From assembly GCF_009914755.1 (NCBI RefSeq), contig NC_060930.1: a DNA stretch of 64,000 nucleotides. The stretch is one strand, 5' to 3'. The stretch's first letter is position 1. The number at the start of each line of letters is the position of its first letter. The DNA comes from the human T2T-CHM13v2.0 reference genome, Homo sapiens. A model generated the notes under the pieces. It was not told where the DNA came from, ran no database searches, and was given only the letters and a program-made list of their open reading frames with translations. The position numbers were made by a program, and so were the translations under genes. This document shows positions 40,302 to 62,520 of this stretch, piece after piece.

Positions 40302-41719
40302 TCTAACCTCATCTTATGGGACTGTCTTACATCCTTACTTGGATGAAGAATGGAGGTGTCAGTGAACCCCTAGAGGCCAGAAGTAGGGCTGACCCTGCAG
40401 TGAGTTTCCTCAGGGCCTAGGCATGAGCCAAGGAAGCTGGCGTAGTGATGAGAGGGCACTCAGAGGGCAGGGCTGAGAGGCTGCTGGGAACCTGCTCATC
40501 CCTTCTCTCCTGGACTCTCCATCCTCCTCCTCCTGCTCCCTCAGTCACCACCCTCAGGCTGTGCTTCTCCTTAGCAGGATCCTCCTCTGCGTGGTCATTA
40601 GTGGGACTGCCCTAGGGGAAGGCCTTCTTTAGGTCACACCCCTCTTTCTCCCACCTCCTGGTCTCGGGGTCACTTTGGAGCCTGTGGTCCTGGAGGAAGC
40701 TGTAGCAGCAGGGACTGAGGAAAGACTGCAAGTTCCAAAGATAACTGCATCTTCTATGGCTTTTTAAAATTTCCAGCTGAACCCTGGAATAATTGAATAC
40801 AGGGTTCAACACTTAAAAAACAAAAACTGTTCTGATGACTAGAAGCAGGACAGAAGCACTGGTGGCCTCTAAAGGGGGTCTGCCCCCAGAGACGGCTGTG
40901 GGTGAAGCCAGGCGGATGGCAGCCTGCCCTCTTTCCTGCCAGCACACACATCAACCGCTTGGCTTTTTATGAGAAAATCCAAACAAAGGGGCATGATTGT
41001 GTGAGATGCCAGTCTGTGTGCCAGCCTGCGAGCCTGCCCAGGGGATGGGATGGCCAAAGACTGGGGCTGGACGTCACAGGTCAAGAATGCAGAAAGGCTC
41101 CTGGCAGCCTCCTCTTTCAGCAGAGGAATGGAAAGCTCTAATCTGGTGTCTCCTGTGGGAGGAAGAGCTAGGGATCAACACCAGGCAACAGCCATACTGT
41201 CTTCCTCCCAGAGAGAGACCTGTCAACATTGCTAGGGGAAGAGGAAAACAAACAAACAAGAAAGGAGGCCAGGCTAATGATGACAGAGAGAAGCATGAGC
41301 TCCATGAAGGAGACAGCCCTCATTATCCAGCTGCATTTTCAGTAATAACACATCTTGGCTGTTTCAAGAACCATGGTTTGAGTCCATCCACCTACAAGAA
41401 CCCGGATTCTTATTAATATGTGAATTCCATTAGACTTGCTAGTTTAGGGGATGTCCATGTTGCTTCCTGTATGAAAGTGACCCTGATTTCCAGCCAACAT
41501 GAGTGAGTTTTCTGTGCACAGTGCGTGCGCAGGCTGCCTGTGCTTACCTGAGCTTCTGTCTCTCTCCCCCGCTGGCTTGGAACCCCTGGAGGCTGGAGCG
41601 TGTTTATCCACATTCGTATCCTTAGCACTGTGTCAGGCACATAGTAGGTACTCAGCAGATATTTGTTGAAGCAAAAGGATGATGAGATAGAAACATGACA
41701 GTAGGAACTATGAGACTCA

Positions 41720-45540
<3,821 letters not shown>

Positions 45541-45884
45541 AAATACTCTTAGCAGGGAAGCAATAAACAATAGCCAAAATTGAAGCGAAAATGTCATGAC
45601 CAGAACTGGAATTGCCTGGGTCCTAGACGTGTGCTCTTATTCTAATAAAAAAGGAAAGAATGTGCCATGTAAAGCATCAGAGTAAAGAAAGATTTCTCGA
45701 AAATGTTGGAGCCTTAACATGACTGTAAGAGCTGAGAGGCATTTGGGAAGAAATGAAGTGGGCTATTCTAGGGAGGGAGAATGGCATATGAAAAGATGAC
45801 GGTGGGAGATGGGAAAGGAGGGTATTTGCAGTGGGAAAACAGGATTCATACAGAAAGTTTTCAGAGAGTATTAAGAGGTAAAGG

Positions 45885-46191
45885 GGCTGAGCGCGGTGGC
45901 TCACGCCTGTAATCTCGGCACTTTGGGAAGCTGAGGAGGGCGGATCACCGGAGGTCAGGAGTTCAAGACCAGTTTGGCCAATATGGTGAAACCCCGTCTC
46001 TACTAAAAATACAAAAATCAGCTGGGTGTGGTGGCAGGTGCCTGTAATCCCAGCTACTCAGGAGGCCGAGGCAGGAGATTCACTTGAACCTGGGAGGTAG
46101 AGGTTGCAGTGGGCAGAGATTGTGCCCTTGCACTCCAGGCTGGGCTAAAAGAGCGAGAATCCATCTCAAAAAAAAAAAAAAAAAAAAAAAA
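45885..46191 (+). mobile_element. Alu (AluS)
   Basis: Full length; AAGAGGTAAAGGGG TSD. Confidence 0.92.
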
Positions 46192-47928
46192 GAGGTAAAG
46201 GGGGTGTGCCAGGTAGCCAAGGGCCTTGAATTTAGCCTTAAGCCTGTGGGCAAGATGGAACCCCTGAAGACTGCTTATCTCTGAGTGAGCCTCACCCTCA
46301 GTGGCCACTCTGGCTATCCTCTTCCCTGGCTGTAATCATTTTTTGGTGTTATATTGCAAAGATCATGCACTCTGGAGTCAGAAACCTTGGGTTTCTCTCC
46401 AGGTTCTCCACTGAATGATTCTAGGGCAAGTTTCTTAGTCTAAGCCCAAGTTCTTTCAGGATCAGTTTCCTAAATTATGAGACTACTGATCACTTGGCCC
46501 TTCCTTATCCACCTCAGGGGAGGACACAGTATCCAGGCTAGTCAGTCACTGTCCCTCTTCCCCTGACCACAGGACTGATTCAGGGATGGGTACCTGACAC
46601 AGTCCTTGCCAGTCTTTTTATATTTATTTTTTTGAGATAGGGTCTTGCTACGTTGCCCAGGCTGGCCTCGAACTCCTGGGCTCAAGTGATCCTCTTGCCT
46701 CAGCCTCCTGAGCAGCTGGGACTATAGGTACATGCCACCATGCCCAGCTATGGATTTTTCTCTAGCAATAGGGTGATACAGGCCTAAAGTTGCCACCATC
46801 TGGGGAGATCTTGCCAAAGAATAAAGACAAAACTGAGGACTACAAAGCCAAGAGAGTAATGAAGAAAGAGAAAGTTCTGATGACATCATTAGAGGCTCCC
46901 AGAACCTGAAAGAACTACCCGTGGACTTTTCAATTACATGAGCCAATGATTTCCCACCCTTACCGCTTTTGTAAGCAAGTTTTGAATTGATTTCAGGCAC
47001 AATCAGAAGCACCCAAACTACACAGTATTCTTGTGAGGATTAAATTAGATAAACATGCAACAAACGGCACGTGTTCAACATATACTGACTATTATTACTT
47101 TCTTATCACTACATATCTTAATATCATTTTATCCCCTGTACAAGCAGATACAGAGAACTCTATTTTATAGAGGGATTTAGAGAGAGGAAGTAGCTTGTTA
47201 AAAGCTCCCAAAGTTAATAAATGACATAGTTGAGCTCTTTTTCCACCAGACGCTATGGACGATGGTAACATGCCTAGCACATAGCAGTCACTTGGTAAAT
47301 GTGGATTCCTTTCCCCTTTCCTGCAAACCAAGATCCTCAAATCATGCCTGTCTACCTAGAGGTTCACACGAAAGCAGAAGTCGTAAGGATGCTTCTATAC
47401 ATTCTGCCTCCCTTAGGTATAGTTTGCTCTTCAGAGACTTATCTTTGAATGATCGGACCTGCTGAACGCTTGTATCTTCCCGTCTTAACCCCTCAAGGCT
47501 CGCCTCTCTCAGCTGTCCTTCCAGATTTTCAGCCACTTCTGAACATGGGCATCTAACATGTTCTGTGGCGCTGACTTTCCCTCCAGCCCTCAGACTTGCC
47601 TTAGTCCCTGTTGTCTGCCAGTTTTTCCCTGGACATCGTCCTCTGAGAGACCATGCAGTCCCATGGCCGCGCATGACCAGTATGCACCCAGGTGCGTCCT
47701 CTTCCCACACAATTCACCGAAGTAGTCTTGGTTCTTTTTCCTCAATGGTCAGTCATGCAAGTCACAGTGAACATATCTATTTTGGAAAAGCTCAGTGCAT
47801 AACCCGATATAAACATTTCATTGTCTATCATAGAAAGGAATTTCCCTAAAAGTTCTGGGAGGGTAACTTTTTTCTTTTCACTTAAAAAATATAATGTAGT
47901 GGCACACAGCCTGGGCAGTGTAGCTTCA

Positions 47929-48306
<378 letters not shown>

Positions 48307-49194
48307 CTAAATGTAAGGAGAGTAAACATTTTGATTCAGAAATTCAGACCAAGAAATCTTTCATTTAGTCTTTGGCTGTTTTAGAAAATGAGGGCTCCTT
48401 GAGCATGAAACACTGCAATCTTACATTTACAAAGAGCACTGGAGGACGTGCTAAGAGAGTGGGTTAGTGTCACTTCTTAGCCACTGTCTGTTTATAGACG
48501 AAACTGCTGCTTACCTGTCCAGTGCCCATTCTCTGCTTCCTAACAGAACCTTTAAATTGTTGGGGAGATCATGTACCCAGCTCAAAGATTATCTTGCTCA
48601 GTCAGCTTGTGGGAAAGGTGGGGCCAAGGAAATGCAAGCAGAAGTCATTGAGGGGATCGTGGCACAGATCTGCAGAGATGGCTGTCTCAGCTGGAAGGTG
48701 ACTTTTTACCCACCCAGTTCTTCCCCTGTCTTACCTGGAACCAGGTACCATGATCAGAGCTGCAGTGGCCATCCTGCAGCAGGAGAACTTGAGGGTGGTA
48801 GCCACTGGTGGTGTTCAGAAGAGCAGAAAGAGAAGAGTCGGGTACACTGAGGATGTTGTGAAGCTACACTGCCCGGGCTGTGTGCCACTACATTATATTT
48901 TTTAAGTGAGAGGAAAAAATAACCCATTGCCATTGTTGCTTGCAGCTGAACATCGGTCCTAACTGATGCAGTGACCTGGAAACATTGCTTAATTGGGACC
49001 GTGGTTTCCTCATTTGTGAACTGATGAGGGTTATATCAGAAGATCTCTAAAGTTCTCTCTGTTTCTAAAACCTTATGATTCTAAGACTCTGTATAAATAC
49101 ATAAGTACAACATGCTTGCCTGATCTCTATTCCATCTTGGCCTTCTGGGCAAATCTGAAAGTGAGTGTGTGTATTGTTAGCTGGAAATCAAAAT

Positions 49195-50080
<886 letters not shown>

Positions 50081-51146
50081 AGACAAAAAAATGACTGTGA
50101 AATATTTTGAGTGAAATAGAATGCACCAAATTAAGCTTCTTTGGCTGTGTGTTGACAAGCACACCTGCAGAGAAACACGAGGGGTGGGGAGGCAGGAAGG
50201 CAGGGTGGTTAAAAAACAAAGGTATGGAAGAGTCTTTTCAAGGGAATGGCTCAACTTTGAAGTGCATTTAGAAAAGCATGACCTCTCAATAGGACATCTT
50301 TTACACACCAGAAAGAAATTAGCCTTATAGCAGTTTGCCAAGCCACATCTTAACTAAAATGGGGATTTGAAAAAAGGGCCACTCCTGTCCTCCTTAACTT
50401 CCTACTTTTTTTCACAATAGCTAAACCCTGGTAGAATATTCCCTTTTCAACCGTGTTTGTATTAGAGCATTGTGTATGTGGTGTTTTAAAACCAGGCAAT
50501 TCAACATCACCTGTCAGTGACCTCATTACAGACAAAAGGCTGGTACTATGTCTGTGGCCAACCCATCTGGAAACGTTGAGTGGGACCTAGGCACACGTTC
50601 AGGTTTTCCTTGATGCCAGGGAACTCATCTTTCCCTTCTTCATGATCCTCACGTGGCTTTGTATACAACAGAACCTGAGCCATGCAGCTGCAGTGAAGTC
50701 AGCACTGGGTGTAAGACCCAATTTGTACAGAAAGTGTTCTGGGATCTTAGATAATTCTCTGATCCTCAGTTTCCCTACTTACATACCAAGGAGGGCAAAT
50801 GAGATGATCTCTTAAGGTAATTTTTGTTCAAATTGCTATCAATCTAATATCAATCACTTTTGGTGATACAATGGAAAATCTACCGTAGTCTTAGATCATC
50901 CCTGAGGCTGATGCAGAGGAGCAGGCCAACTTAGAGCGCACTGAGGTTTTAGTTCCTTCTCAGACTCTCTGGATGATCTCAGGGTGACTTCAGCTCCCCT
51001 CCCCAAACCCCAGTCTCTGAATCATGCATCACATCTCAGTGGCTCTTGTAATTTGGATATTGTGTCTGCTTGGAAGTAAATATCCTCCTCAGGGCACGTC
51101 AAGGAGGGATAAAACATTTCTTTCGGGAAGTGTTGAAAACAGACAC

Positions 51147-52730
51147 ACACCACCACTACCACCATCACCACATCACCACCACCATCACCATCACCACCAC
51201 TACCACCACCACCACCACTACCACCATCGCCACCACCACCATCACCACCACCACCACCACCACCACACTACCACCACCACCATCACCATCATCATCACCA
51301 CCACCACGACCACCACAACACTACCACATCACCACCACCATCACCACCACCACCATCACCACCACTACCACCACCATCACCACCACCACCACCACCACCA
51401 CCACACTACCACATCACCACCACCACCACCATTACCACCACCACCACCACCACTATCACCATCATCACCATCACCACCATCACCACCACCACTACCACTA
51501 CCACCAACACAATCACCACCACGATCACCATCATCACCACCACCACCACTACCACTACCACCATCATAATTACCACCACCATCACCACCACCACCACCAC
51601 TATCACCATCATCACCACCACCACCACCACCACTAGCACAACCACAACACTACCACATCACCACCACCACTACCACTACTACCATCACCATCACCACCAC
51701 CATCACCACCACCACCACAATACTACCACATCACCACCACGATCACCATCATCACCACCACCACCACCACTAGCACAACCACAACACTACCACATCACCA
51801 CCACCACTACCACCACCACCACCATCACTACTACCATCACCACCACCACCACCATCACCACCACCACGACCACCACAACACTACCACATCACCACCACCA
51901 CCATCATCATCACCACCACTACCACCACCACTACCACCACCACCACCATCACTACTACCATCACCACCACCACCACCATCACCACCACCACGACCACCAC
52001 AACACTACCACATCACCACCACCATCACCACCACCACCATCACCACTGCCACCACCACTACCACCACCACCACTACCACCATCGCCACCATCACCACCAC
52101 ATCACCACCACCACCACCACTACTACCACCACCACCACCATCACCACTACTACCATCACCACTACCACCACCACCACCATCACCACCACCATCACCACCA
52201 CCACTACCACTACCACCATCACAATCACCACCACCATCACCACCACCACTACCACCACCACCACTACCACCATCGCCACCATCACCACCACATCACCACC
52301 ACCACCACACTACCACCACCACCACCATCACCACTACTACCATCACCACTACCACCACCACCACCATCACAATCACCACTATCACCATCATCACCATCAC
52401 TACCACCACCACCATCACCATCATCGCCACCACCACCAACACTACTGCCACCACCACTATTACCATCACCACCACTACTACCACCACCACTACCATAACC
52501 ACCATCATCACCATCACCATCATTACTGCTATTATGACCACCATCACTACCACCATTATCACCACCACCACTAAACTACCACCACTACCTCACTGCCATC
52601 ATCACCATCACCATTACTAACATCACCATTACTAACATCACCATTATAATACTACCACCATCACTACCACCACCACCACCACCACCATCACCACCATCAT
52701 CACCACCACCACCACCATCAGCACCACCAA
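51147..52730. repeat. Complex (CAC/CAT/TAC)n tandem array, ~1.6 kb
   Basis: Directly visible; recurrent longer motifs such as ACCACAACACTACCACATC. Confidence 0.97.
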
Positions 52731-54694
52731 ATCCCATCACATAAAGGTCATGTAACAAATGAAACTAATGATTCCAAAATAGTATCTTCATCCAGGAATT
52801 AGTCTGAGCATTTTCCTCATTTTGAACTTTTTTAAATGTATGCATTTAAAATCTGTATTAGGCCCCAGAAGATCTGCTTGGCAGGTCAGTTTGGCACCAA
52901 CTATTCTAACCATGCCAAAATAAGCTTTAGCATTCCATACGTGGTTGTACTGACAGGCTAGCAAGCTGGCCTACTGGTGCCTGCCTGTCCCCTTCTCACC
53001 AGGTGGAAGAGAAGTACCACACGTCCAGTATGCCAAGAGGCTCTTGGATACAATCCCACTAGTCTCCGAGGGTACTGAACGCATGCCTGACAGGTTGTAG
53101 GGAATGCATGCCCAAGGATAGATCCAGGGGACCTTGGCAGCTGCCCCAGGTGTTTGGGGCATTTAAAGCTAATGCCACCCTTCAATTCAGTTGTTGGAAG
53201 CTTTACACCAGCTCAGCAGGAATCACATCTGCCAGTCTGCAGCTAAATATAGAAAACTGAGCTGAAGCCACTGGCTCCAGACACCTGTCTGACCCTACTC
53301 ATCACTCAGTCAAGTTTTAGAGGTATATAATGCTTGGTAAAGTGAATTGTGCTCTTTTCCATTTATGGGAGCCATGTGGCAGAATTAACTTATTTTCACA
53401 CTATTTGGAATTATACTGCTTATGGTTTTCTTTGGAACTATTTTCAAATATATTTCAGCCTTTTAAATAATGGAAATCTTGTATCTACACTTTTCTTTCT
53501 TTTTTTAACATTTAAGTAAGTGTAGGACCAAGCAGAATAAAATAAATATAAGGTCAGGTTTAAGGTCATATTTTTTCTAATTTTGAGTTTGTGTGAAAAC
53601 TAGAAAAATCTTAAACCTGGTTTTCATGATCCTTTCTTTCTATAGGGGTGTGTAAATAAGTTTTGTACCTTTGCTTATAACTCACACTCTTTTTCTCTTC
53701 TCAAAATGAGAAACTAGCTCAGATTAAAGCAGAGTATCAGCAGTATTTTGACAAGGTATAATTTATCCCATAGGAACATCTTAACTGAAAATCCATTATT
53801 GAAATCCTATAGCTTCTTTAGTGGTTGAGTTCAAGTCCAGAGTCAGACTTGGGTTCAAATCCCAAATCCTATTTCTGCATGGAAAAAAAAATGCAATAGG
53901 CTGAAAATTATTCTGGATTGCCTACTTAAAGTAAAATTCCCCAACAATGCAGAATTTATAATTCCATCTAAACTCAAATGATGTTAAAAATAAGTACAAA
54001 TAGTTTGTAATATAGTATAAATATGATTGCCTGGAGAAAAAGTTGCTTGAGAATTGAGAATGAGCCTATTCACTGTTTATAACTCTATAGCTATTCCTAA
54101 GTGCAGGTGATATAACTTAAAAAGGCACATGCCTTTGACAAAAAATTCCATTTGTGGAAATTTACAGGATAACTATTCTCATATGCACACTAATAAATGA
54201 ACAAAATTATTCATTGTGACACTATGCTGTAAGTATAAACCTTAATGACCATTGGTAGGGAATTGGCTAAATAAAACATAGCACAACTATATAATGGACG
54301 CTACATATCCATTTAAAGGAGGGAAGCTCTCTGTAGGTTCAAGATACACTGTTTAGTGAAGAAGGCTGCAGAATTGTGTTAGTATCACATCATGTGTGTG
54401 AAGAAAGAGAAAAAGGAAATATCCTACATGGGTTTGAAAATATATGGAGTATTTCTGCAAGGAAGTAAGAAAGATAACCGTGATTAGGATGGTTTCCCTC
54501 CAGGGAGGAAACTGCATCAAGGAACACAGGAAAAAGACACACTCACTTTCCACTCTTCAGAATTTTGTGCTGTGAGTATGTAGGAACTATTCCAAAAATG
54601 CTTTTTTTTTTTTTGTAAAGGAGATAAAAGCATAGTAGGAATTGCACATGAAGACACACACTGTGCTTTCAAGTAGACATTTTTTCAACTAATA

Positions 54695-54700
54695 TTTATT
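54695..54700 (-). terminator. TUBB2B: Likely TUBB2B polyadenylation signal (AATAAA)
   Basis: TTTATT on the plus strand, ~450 nt past the stop codon. Confidence 0.75.
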
Positions 54701-55152
54701 AAAGGTATTTTAAAACTCAGGTTGATCTCTCATCTTAACTGTGATTGGTTCAATTTTACCATACCGAAAGAATAAATTCATTTGAGCTTTTACCTACGCC
54801 TTTGCTTTTTGTTAAAGGAAGAATTCAATGCAATGTGTTCAGAAAGTTACATTTAAATCGTTAATAAAGAGAAAAAGGAAGAGAAAGAGAGGACACCATT
54901 CCGACACAAACGTTTATGTGATTTTAGCCATTACAACAGTAATTCAGAAATATCTCAAATGTTACATTGATGTCATCAATATTACAAAAAAGGAAAAAAA
55001 AGTGACAGGCAACAGTGAAGAGCACCAGAGACCCAGCGCACACCTAAAGTAGACCATGCTTCTTTCCTTCCACTGCCAGGTTATCGTCCCGGGAAGCCCC
55101 CCACCCCCTCGCTTTCCTCCTCCGCTTTCCCTAACCCGTCTCGCGGGGGCAT

Positions 55153-57945
<2,793 letters not shown>

Positions 57946-58039
57946 GGTGCCTCGTCAGCGTCCTCCTGGTCCGGCGGCGTCTGGGTCTGTCCGTCCTCCC
58001 CTCACACACCCACTGCGGGGTCACCGGGAAGGCGCTCGG

Positions 58040-58260
58040 GAACCGACGGGCTGAGAGCGCCGGCCCCGCGGGCTCCGGCTTTTATGCAAGGAGGGTGGGG
58101 CGGCCGGCACAGGCCGCGCCCCCAGCCCGAGCCCCCCAGTCCCCTTCGCGCTGGCGCTCTCCAGGCCCGGCTGACGTAATGCTCCGAGCCCTAGGGACCG
58201 TCCGGGGGGCTGGACCACCGGCCCGCGGCCAATCAGAGCGGGCGTGCCGACCGGGAGAGG
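58040..58260 (-). promoter_or_regulatory. TUBB2B: TUBB2B core promoter
   Basis: TATA-like CATAAAAG (58079-58086, minus), GC box GGGGCGG (58097-58103), CRE/ATF-like TGACGTAA (58172-58179), CCAAT (58229-58233). Confidence 0.8.
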
Positions 58261-59396
58261 GGTGGGGGCTACCGGGAGTATGGTGGGGGCGTGCGCATTG
58301 TCTGGGGCTGTGGTGGGGGTCTGGGTATGGGGATATGGGGGAACAGTGAAGAAAAGGAGGGTGAGAGGGCGGCGAGGCGAGGGCCACCAGCGCGTCCTGA
58401 CCGGGGTGGGGGCAGAGCTGGCACCGGATGGGAACGATGGAGGACTGGAGCATGTGGAGAAGCCGTCAGGTGCTCCAGTGCCGGCAGGTGGGAGGGCTGA
58501 GGTGGCACAGGCTGCTCCGCCACCTCGGACTGCGGCTCCTACTCGGCCACTGGCCAGAGTCCCTCCAGCCAACTGCCCCTGGTGAGACCACCGTCTTTTT
58601 CCTCAACCCTGGAGGCCAGCGACTGCCCAGGCGGCGCTCCGTCTCACAGAGGCCTGGGGGAGGACAGGTGGCCCCAGAAGGAAGTCGTGCTTGATGGCAA
58701 CCGGGACACCTGCGGCCCATGAACACCAGCGCGGCCTCCGCCCCCGCCCCAGCGTGGGCCTGCTTTCTCCTTTGTCTGTCTTGGGCTGGTAGCTCCTCTC
58801 ACTGCGCCGCAGCATCTAGGGGTGAAGCGACCTCGGAGCCCCTCAGCCCTGCCCGACCCTCTCCGGGAGTGCATAACGCCCCTGCTGGTACCCAGGAGCC
58901 CTCTGCCCCGGGGGTTGACTTTTGTTGCTCGCTAGTGATGGAGTGGGAGTGGCCGGTGGCGCTGCACTGACCGTCCGGAGGGCAGAAAGAGGGTGGGGTC
59001 CCGGGGGCGGGGCTGTCGGCGGAACAAAGGGCTCTCAGAAACGTGGGATACGCTGTGTAACCCAGTATTTAAAACCACACGACAGGCGCCCCACCCCCCC
59101 ACCCCGCCCTCGGATTCAGTTCATCTATTGTCAAGTAAGAGGGTGGGTTCCAAGGGTGGCCCAAGCCCGAGTAACAAACTTTCTTATCTTCCATCGCGGC
59201 GACCTGGAGGTCCGAGGCTTCGTGCTGCGGTTGAAGGGTGGGGAATACGACTAAAAACTGCAGCCCAGCGCGCGCGAGACGACCCAAGACCCACGCGCAC
59301 TCGCACGAGCGCGTGCACAGACTTGGAGCACAGACCCTCCCTTCAGATCCGCAGTCTCTAGGTACTGAGGCAGGAACTGGTCTCTTTGTTACTTTT

Positions 59397-59405
59397 CGCG
59401 CGCGC

Positions 59406-59455
<50 letters not shown>
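59397..59455. repeat. Compound (CG)5(TG)9(AG)n microsatellite
   Basis: Directly visible. Confidence 0.95.
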
Positions 59456-61474
59456 CTAATCCTGCGTGCGTTTGAGGGCGGGAGGGGAAAGGGTGTCAGA
59501 AACGTTCACTGCACAACCTGTTCCCTGCAATTCGATGACTGAAGCGCGCCGCCCCACACTTCGGAAGGGCCGTTGGCGAGGTGACGTGACCTCTTTCATC
59601 CCCTGGCGAGAAAGGCCGAATGACCCGGGCGCACGCGGCGGAGCTCAGCCTGCAGCTGTTGAGCGAGACCCTCCCAGAACTATCAGCAAGCTGTCATCGC
59701 CTCCCTTTCCCGCTGTGGGGTGGAGGGTGGGGGGTTCAAGTCGATTCCAATGTACAAAGAGAAGTAGCGAGAACAAAAGCCCAGGCGCCCCCAAACATCC
59801 AGGGCGCCCAGACTGGAGCTCGCCGGCCGGTATTCCAGACCCGGCCGGCGTGCCCGGGTGAGGGTGGGGTCTACCGAGAGGCAGAGAGCAGCGGAGGGTC
59901 TGTCCACATGCCCTGCTCTCCCGGTACCAAGGTCTCGGGGCCTGACCTCCGAGTTTCTAATCCAGATCCTGCAGATGCCGAAACGTCGAGGGCTAGCAAT
60001 TCCCAAGGTCATACAGCAAGTTGAGGACAGGGCTCGGACTGGAATCTCGTCTTTTGGGCACACCAGACCTCAGGGAAAGTGACCGCATCTCGGCCAAAAG
60101 GGCTGTGGCAGGTGTCAGCCTCGAGGTGGCGGCTCTGGTGGGACCAAGCTGCGCCGGAAGGAACAGAGCTAGGGCGGCACCCGCGCGGCGAGTGTAGACA
60201 CACTCGGAGCGGTCACCCCCTCGCTGCGAGCTCCCAGGAGCAACCCTGATGCTCAGCGCTGGGGGGTGGGGTTGGGGGCCGCTCAGCTCCATGCTGAGTA
60301 ACTTGAGCTGGCCGCCTGCCTCCTTCATCTAACCAATTCATTTCTCAGCTTCTGTTTCCGAGCCAAATCTCCATTCAGTGCCCGGGTGAAAACGCGTGTT
60401 CAAGATCATATAGATAGATGAAAAGACCCTTTCCTCTCAGGTTTCTTTTAAAGGGGTTGGTTTGGGATAGGATGAGGCTGGAAATCATCCTTCTGAAAGC
60501 CCAGAGTGCCCTTGGGGACACTTTTGGCCCAAGATCTGCTTTCCTTTCAAGCATTTTGCTCGAATTGTCCCCACACCCCTGCCCCTTCCGGGCAGCCAGT
60601 CTTGTTAACCGGTCTACATCGCACCCCCACCCCCACCCCCACTGGAATTGTGATGCTGCACATTTTTATTTTCACAAGGAGCCGATTTTGTGTTAAAATG
60701 TTGACAACAGCCACACCTTTCCCTGAAGTCTTTCAGTTTATCTGATAACCCTTAAACAAAAAAATCATTCTTAATCCATGTAGCTCGCATAAAGAGACTG
60801 GTACCCGGCTTTCAAAGAAAAAAAAAGTCGTTTTCAGTTGGGTCCCCAGCATTTCTGTCTATTCATTATATGCAATGCGTCTCAATCTAGGTCATCGTAT
60901 ATCAGGCACGAAGATTTCGGGGCAACATATTTCATGATCTCTTAATGTTAGTCTTGATGATGTACTAACATTTAAAAATTTTCCCTTCCAGAGACAATTG
61001 TAGAAATATTGCTGCATAAAATACAATTCAACATTTGTTTTATACGTAATCTATTGCGTGACTGAGGTGAGCAAGATATCCCTTAAACTATTAAAATTAT
61101 ATTTGCTTTCACAATTTTCAGATTACTTTCAACGGCATGTCCTCAAGTGAATTTGCATTTCTCTATTACACACACAGTCATTGTTTGAAGAAGTCTGATA
61201 GAAAAGAGGCTTTATATAGTAGTAAATTTTTAAAGCACTGTTTTCATAATGTAGCATATATTTTTGACACATTTATTGAAATTACTAGACATTTAGCATT
61301 AGGGTTCTTCACTGCTTGCCAGGATTCACCGCTTAAAACCCCAAAAACCCAGCCCGCAGCCCCCATAGCTGGCTCTGCAGCCGAGATGCACGCGGTTTCC
61401 TAGGCAACCGACACTTAGCCAATGAATGAAGAGGAGTTGAAAGAAAGAGACTGCAAATCCATCATTATTTCCTT

Positions 61475-61482
61475 ACACACAC

Positions 61483-61517
<35 letters not shown>
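61475..61517. repeat. (CA)n microsatellite
   Basis: CA run with one CG interruption. Confidence 0.95.
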
Positions 61518-61518
<1 letters not shown>

Positions 61519-61589
61519 CACCTCTTCTCATAGCTCTCCATTTAGAAATATTGGAAAGCTACCAATCCTAGCATTTATGTAAAAGAGCC

Positions 61590-62520
61590 AAATGCCCGGG
61601 GCATGGGGGCTAGGAAGCGGTCGCAGCCCCATACTGTGACTGCGGAAAGGACACAGTGGAGGAAGCTCCCGGGATCCGCCAAGATCTGCGCCTTCTCAGC
61701 TTTGTCGCTCCCCAGTTTCTATTCCATTGCCCTCCCCCTTCCCCCCAGGCCTTCCCTCCTCCGCCTGGGAAGCCAGCGGCCCCGGCGGAGCTGCCCGGCA
61801 CTGTTTAGTCGCAGGGGCTGCGGGGTGGCAGCCTCAGAGCCCTGTCCTTCCGCAGCCGTGGGCCCCGCAGGGACCAGCCAAGCAGGGCAACCAAAAGCTG
61901 GAACCAGCAGCGAAAACCCCGAGCCCACGAACGCAGCGCAGTGCGGGAACACTTGCCCTTTGTTCCTCAGTAAGGCCGGGTGTTTTCGCATCCCCGGAGG
62001 TTGTGAATTTGAGTTATAATGGCCTCGGTCGGGACTGAGAGAGCCGAGCTTCCACGAAAGAGCTTTGCCTGCTTTGTCCTACAAATCGGCGGAGGGAGTA
62101 GCATCCTGGCTTTTCTAGGGCGCCATTTCCCTGCTACAGGCAATCTCCCCTCCCCCACGCTGTCAATGATTTGTGGGATTCTTAGGCAGGCGGGGCAGGC
62201 CGAGCCCAGGGAATGCACGCTGAGTCCTAGACACAGAGCCAGGCCGGGTGGAAAACAAAAAGAGAAGAAGTGATTATGAAATAATAAGACGGACCGTGTG
62301 CCCCTTGCAAGGTGCGGCCTGCGAAATCAACAGACTTATAAATAAGGTCTGGTGGAAGCGCAGGAGCGCACGCGGGAGGCTATGGCGGGGGAACCTCTGT
62401 GAGTTCCGCGGCGGAGGCTAGAACATCGCTGTGGCTGCGGGACCCTCACCCGGCGCTGAAAACCCTCCACATCAGCTCCTGCTCGGAAATGTCTCCGCAG
62501 CTCACCAGTGCTTTTCGAAA
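61590..62520. promoter_or_regulatory. Second CpG-rich island (possible promoter or enhancer)
   Basis: Non-repetitive CpG-rich block separated from the TUBB2B island by AT-rich unique DNA. Confidence 0.6.

Noticed and set aside
51024-52571. Poly-His/Thr/Pro/Val ORFs
   Set aside because: Translations of the (CAC)n array; frames shift repeatedly.
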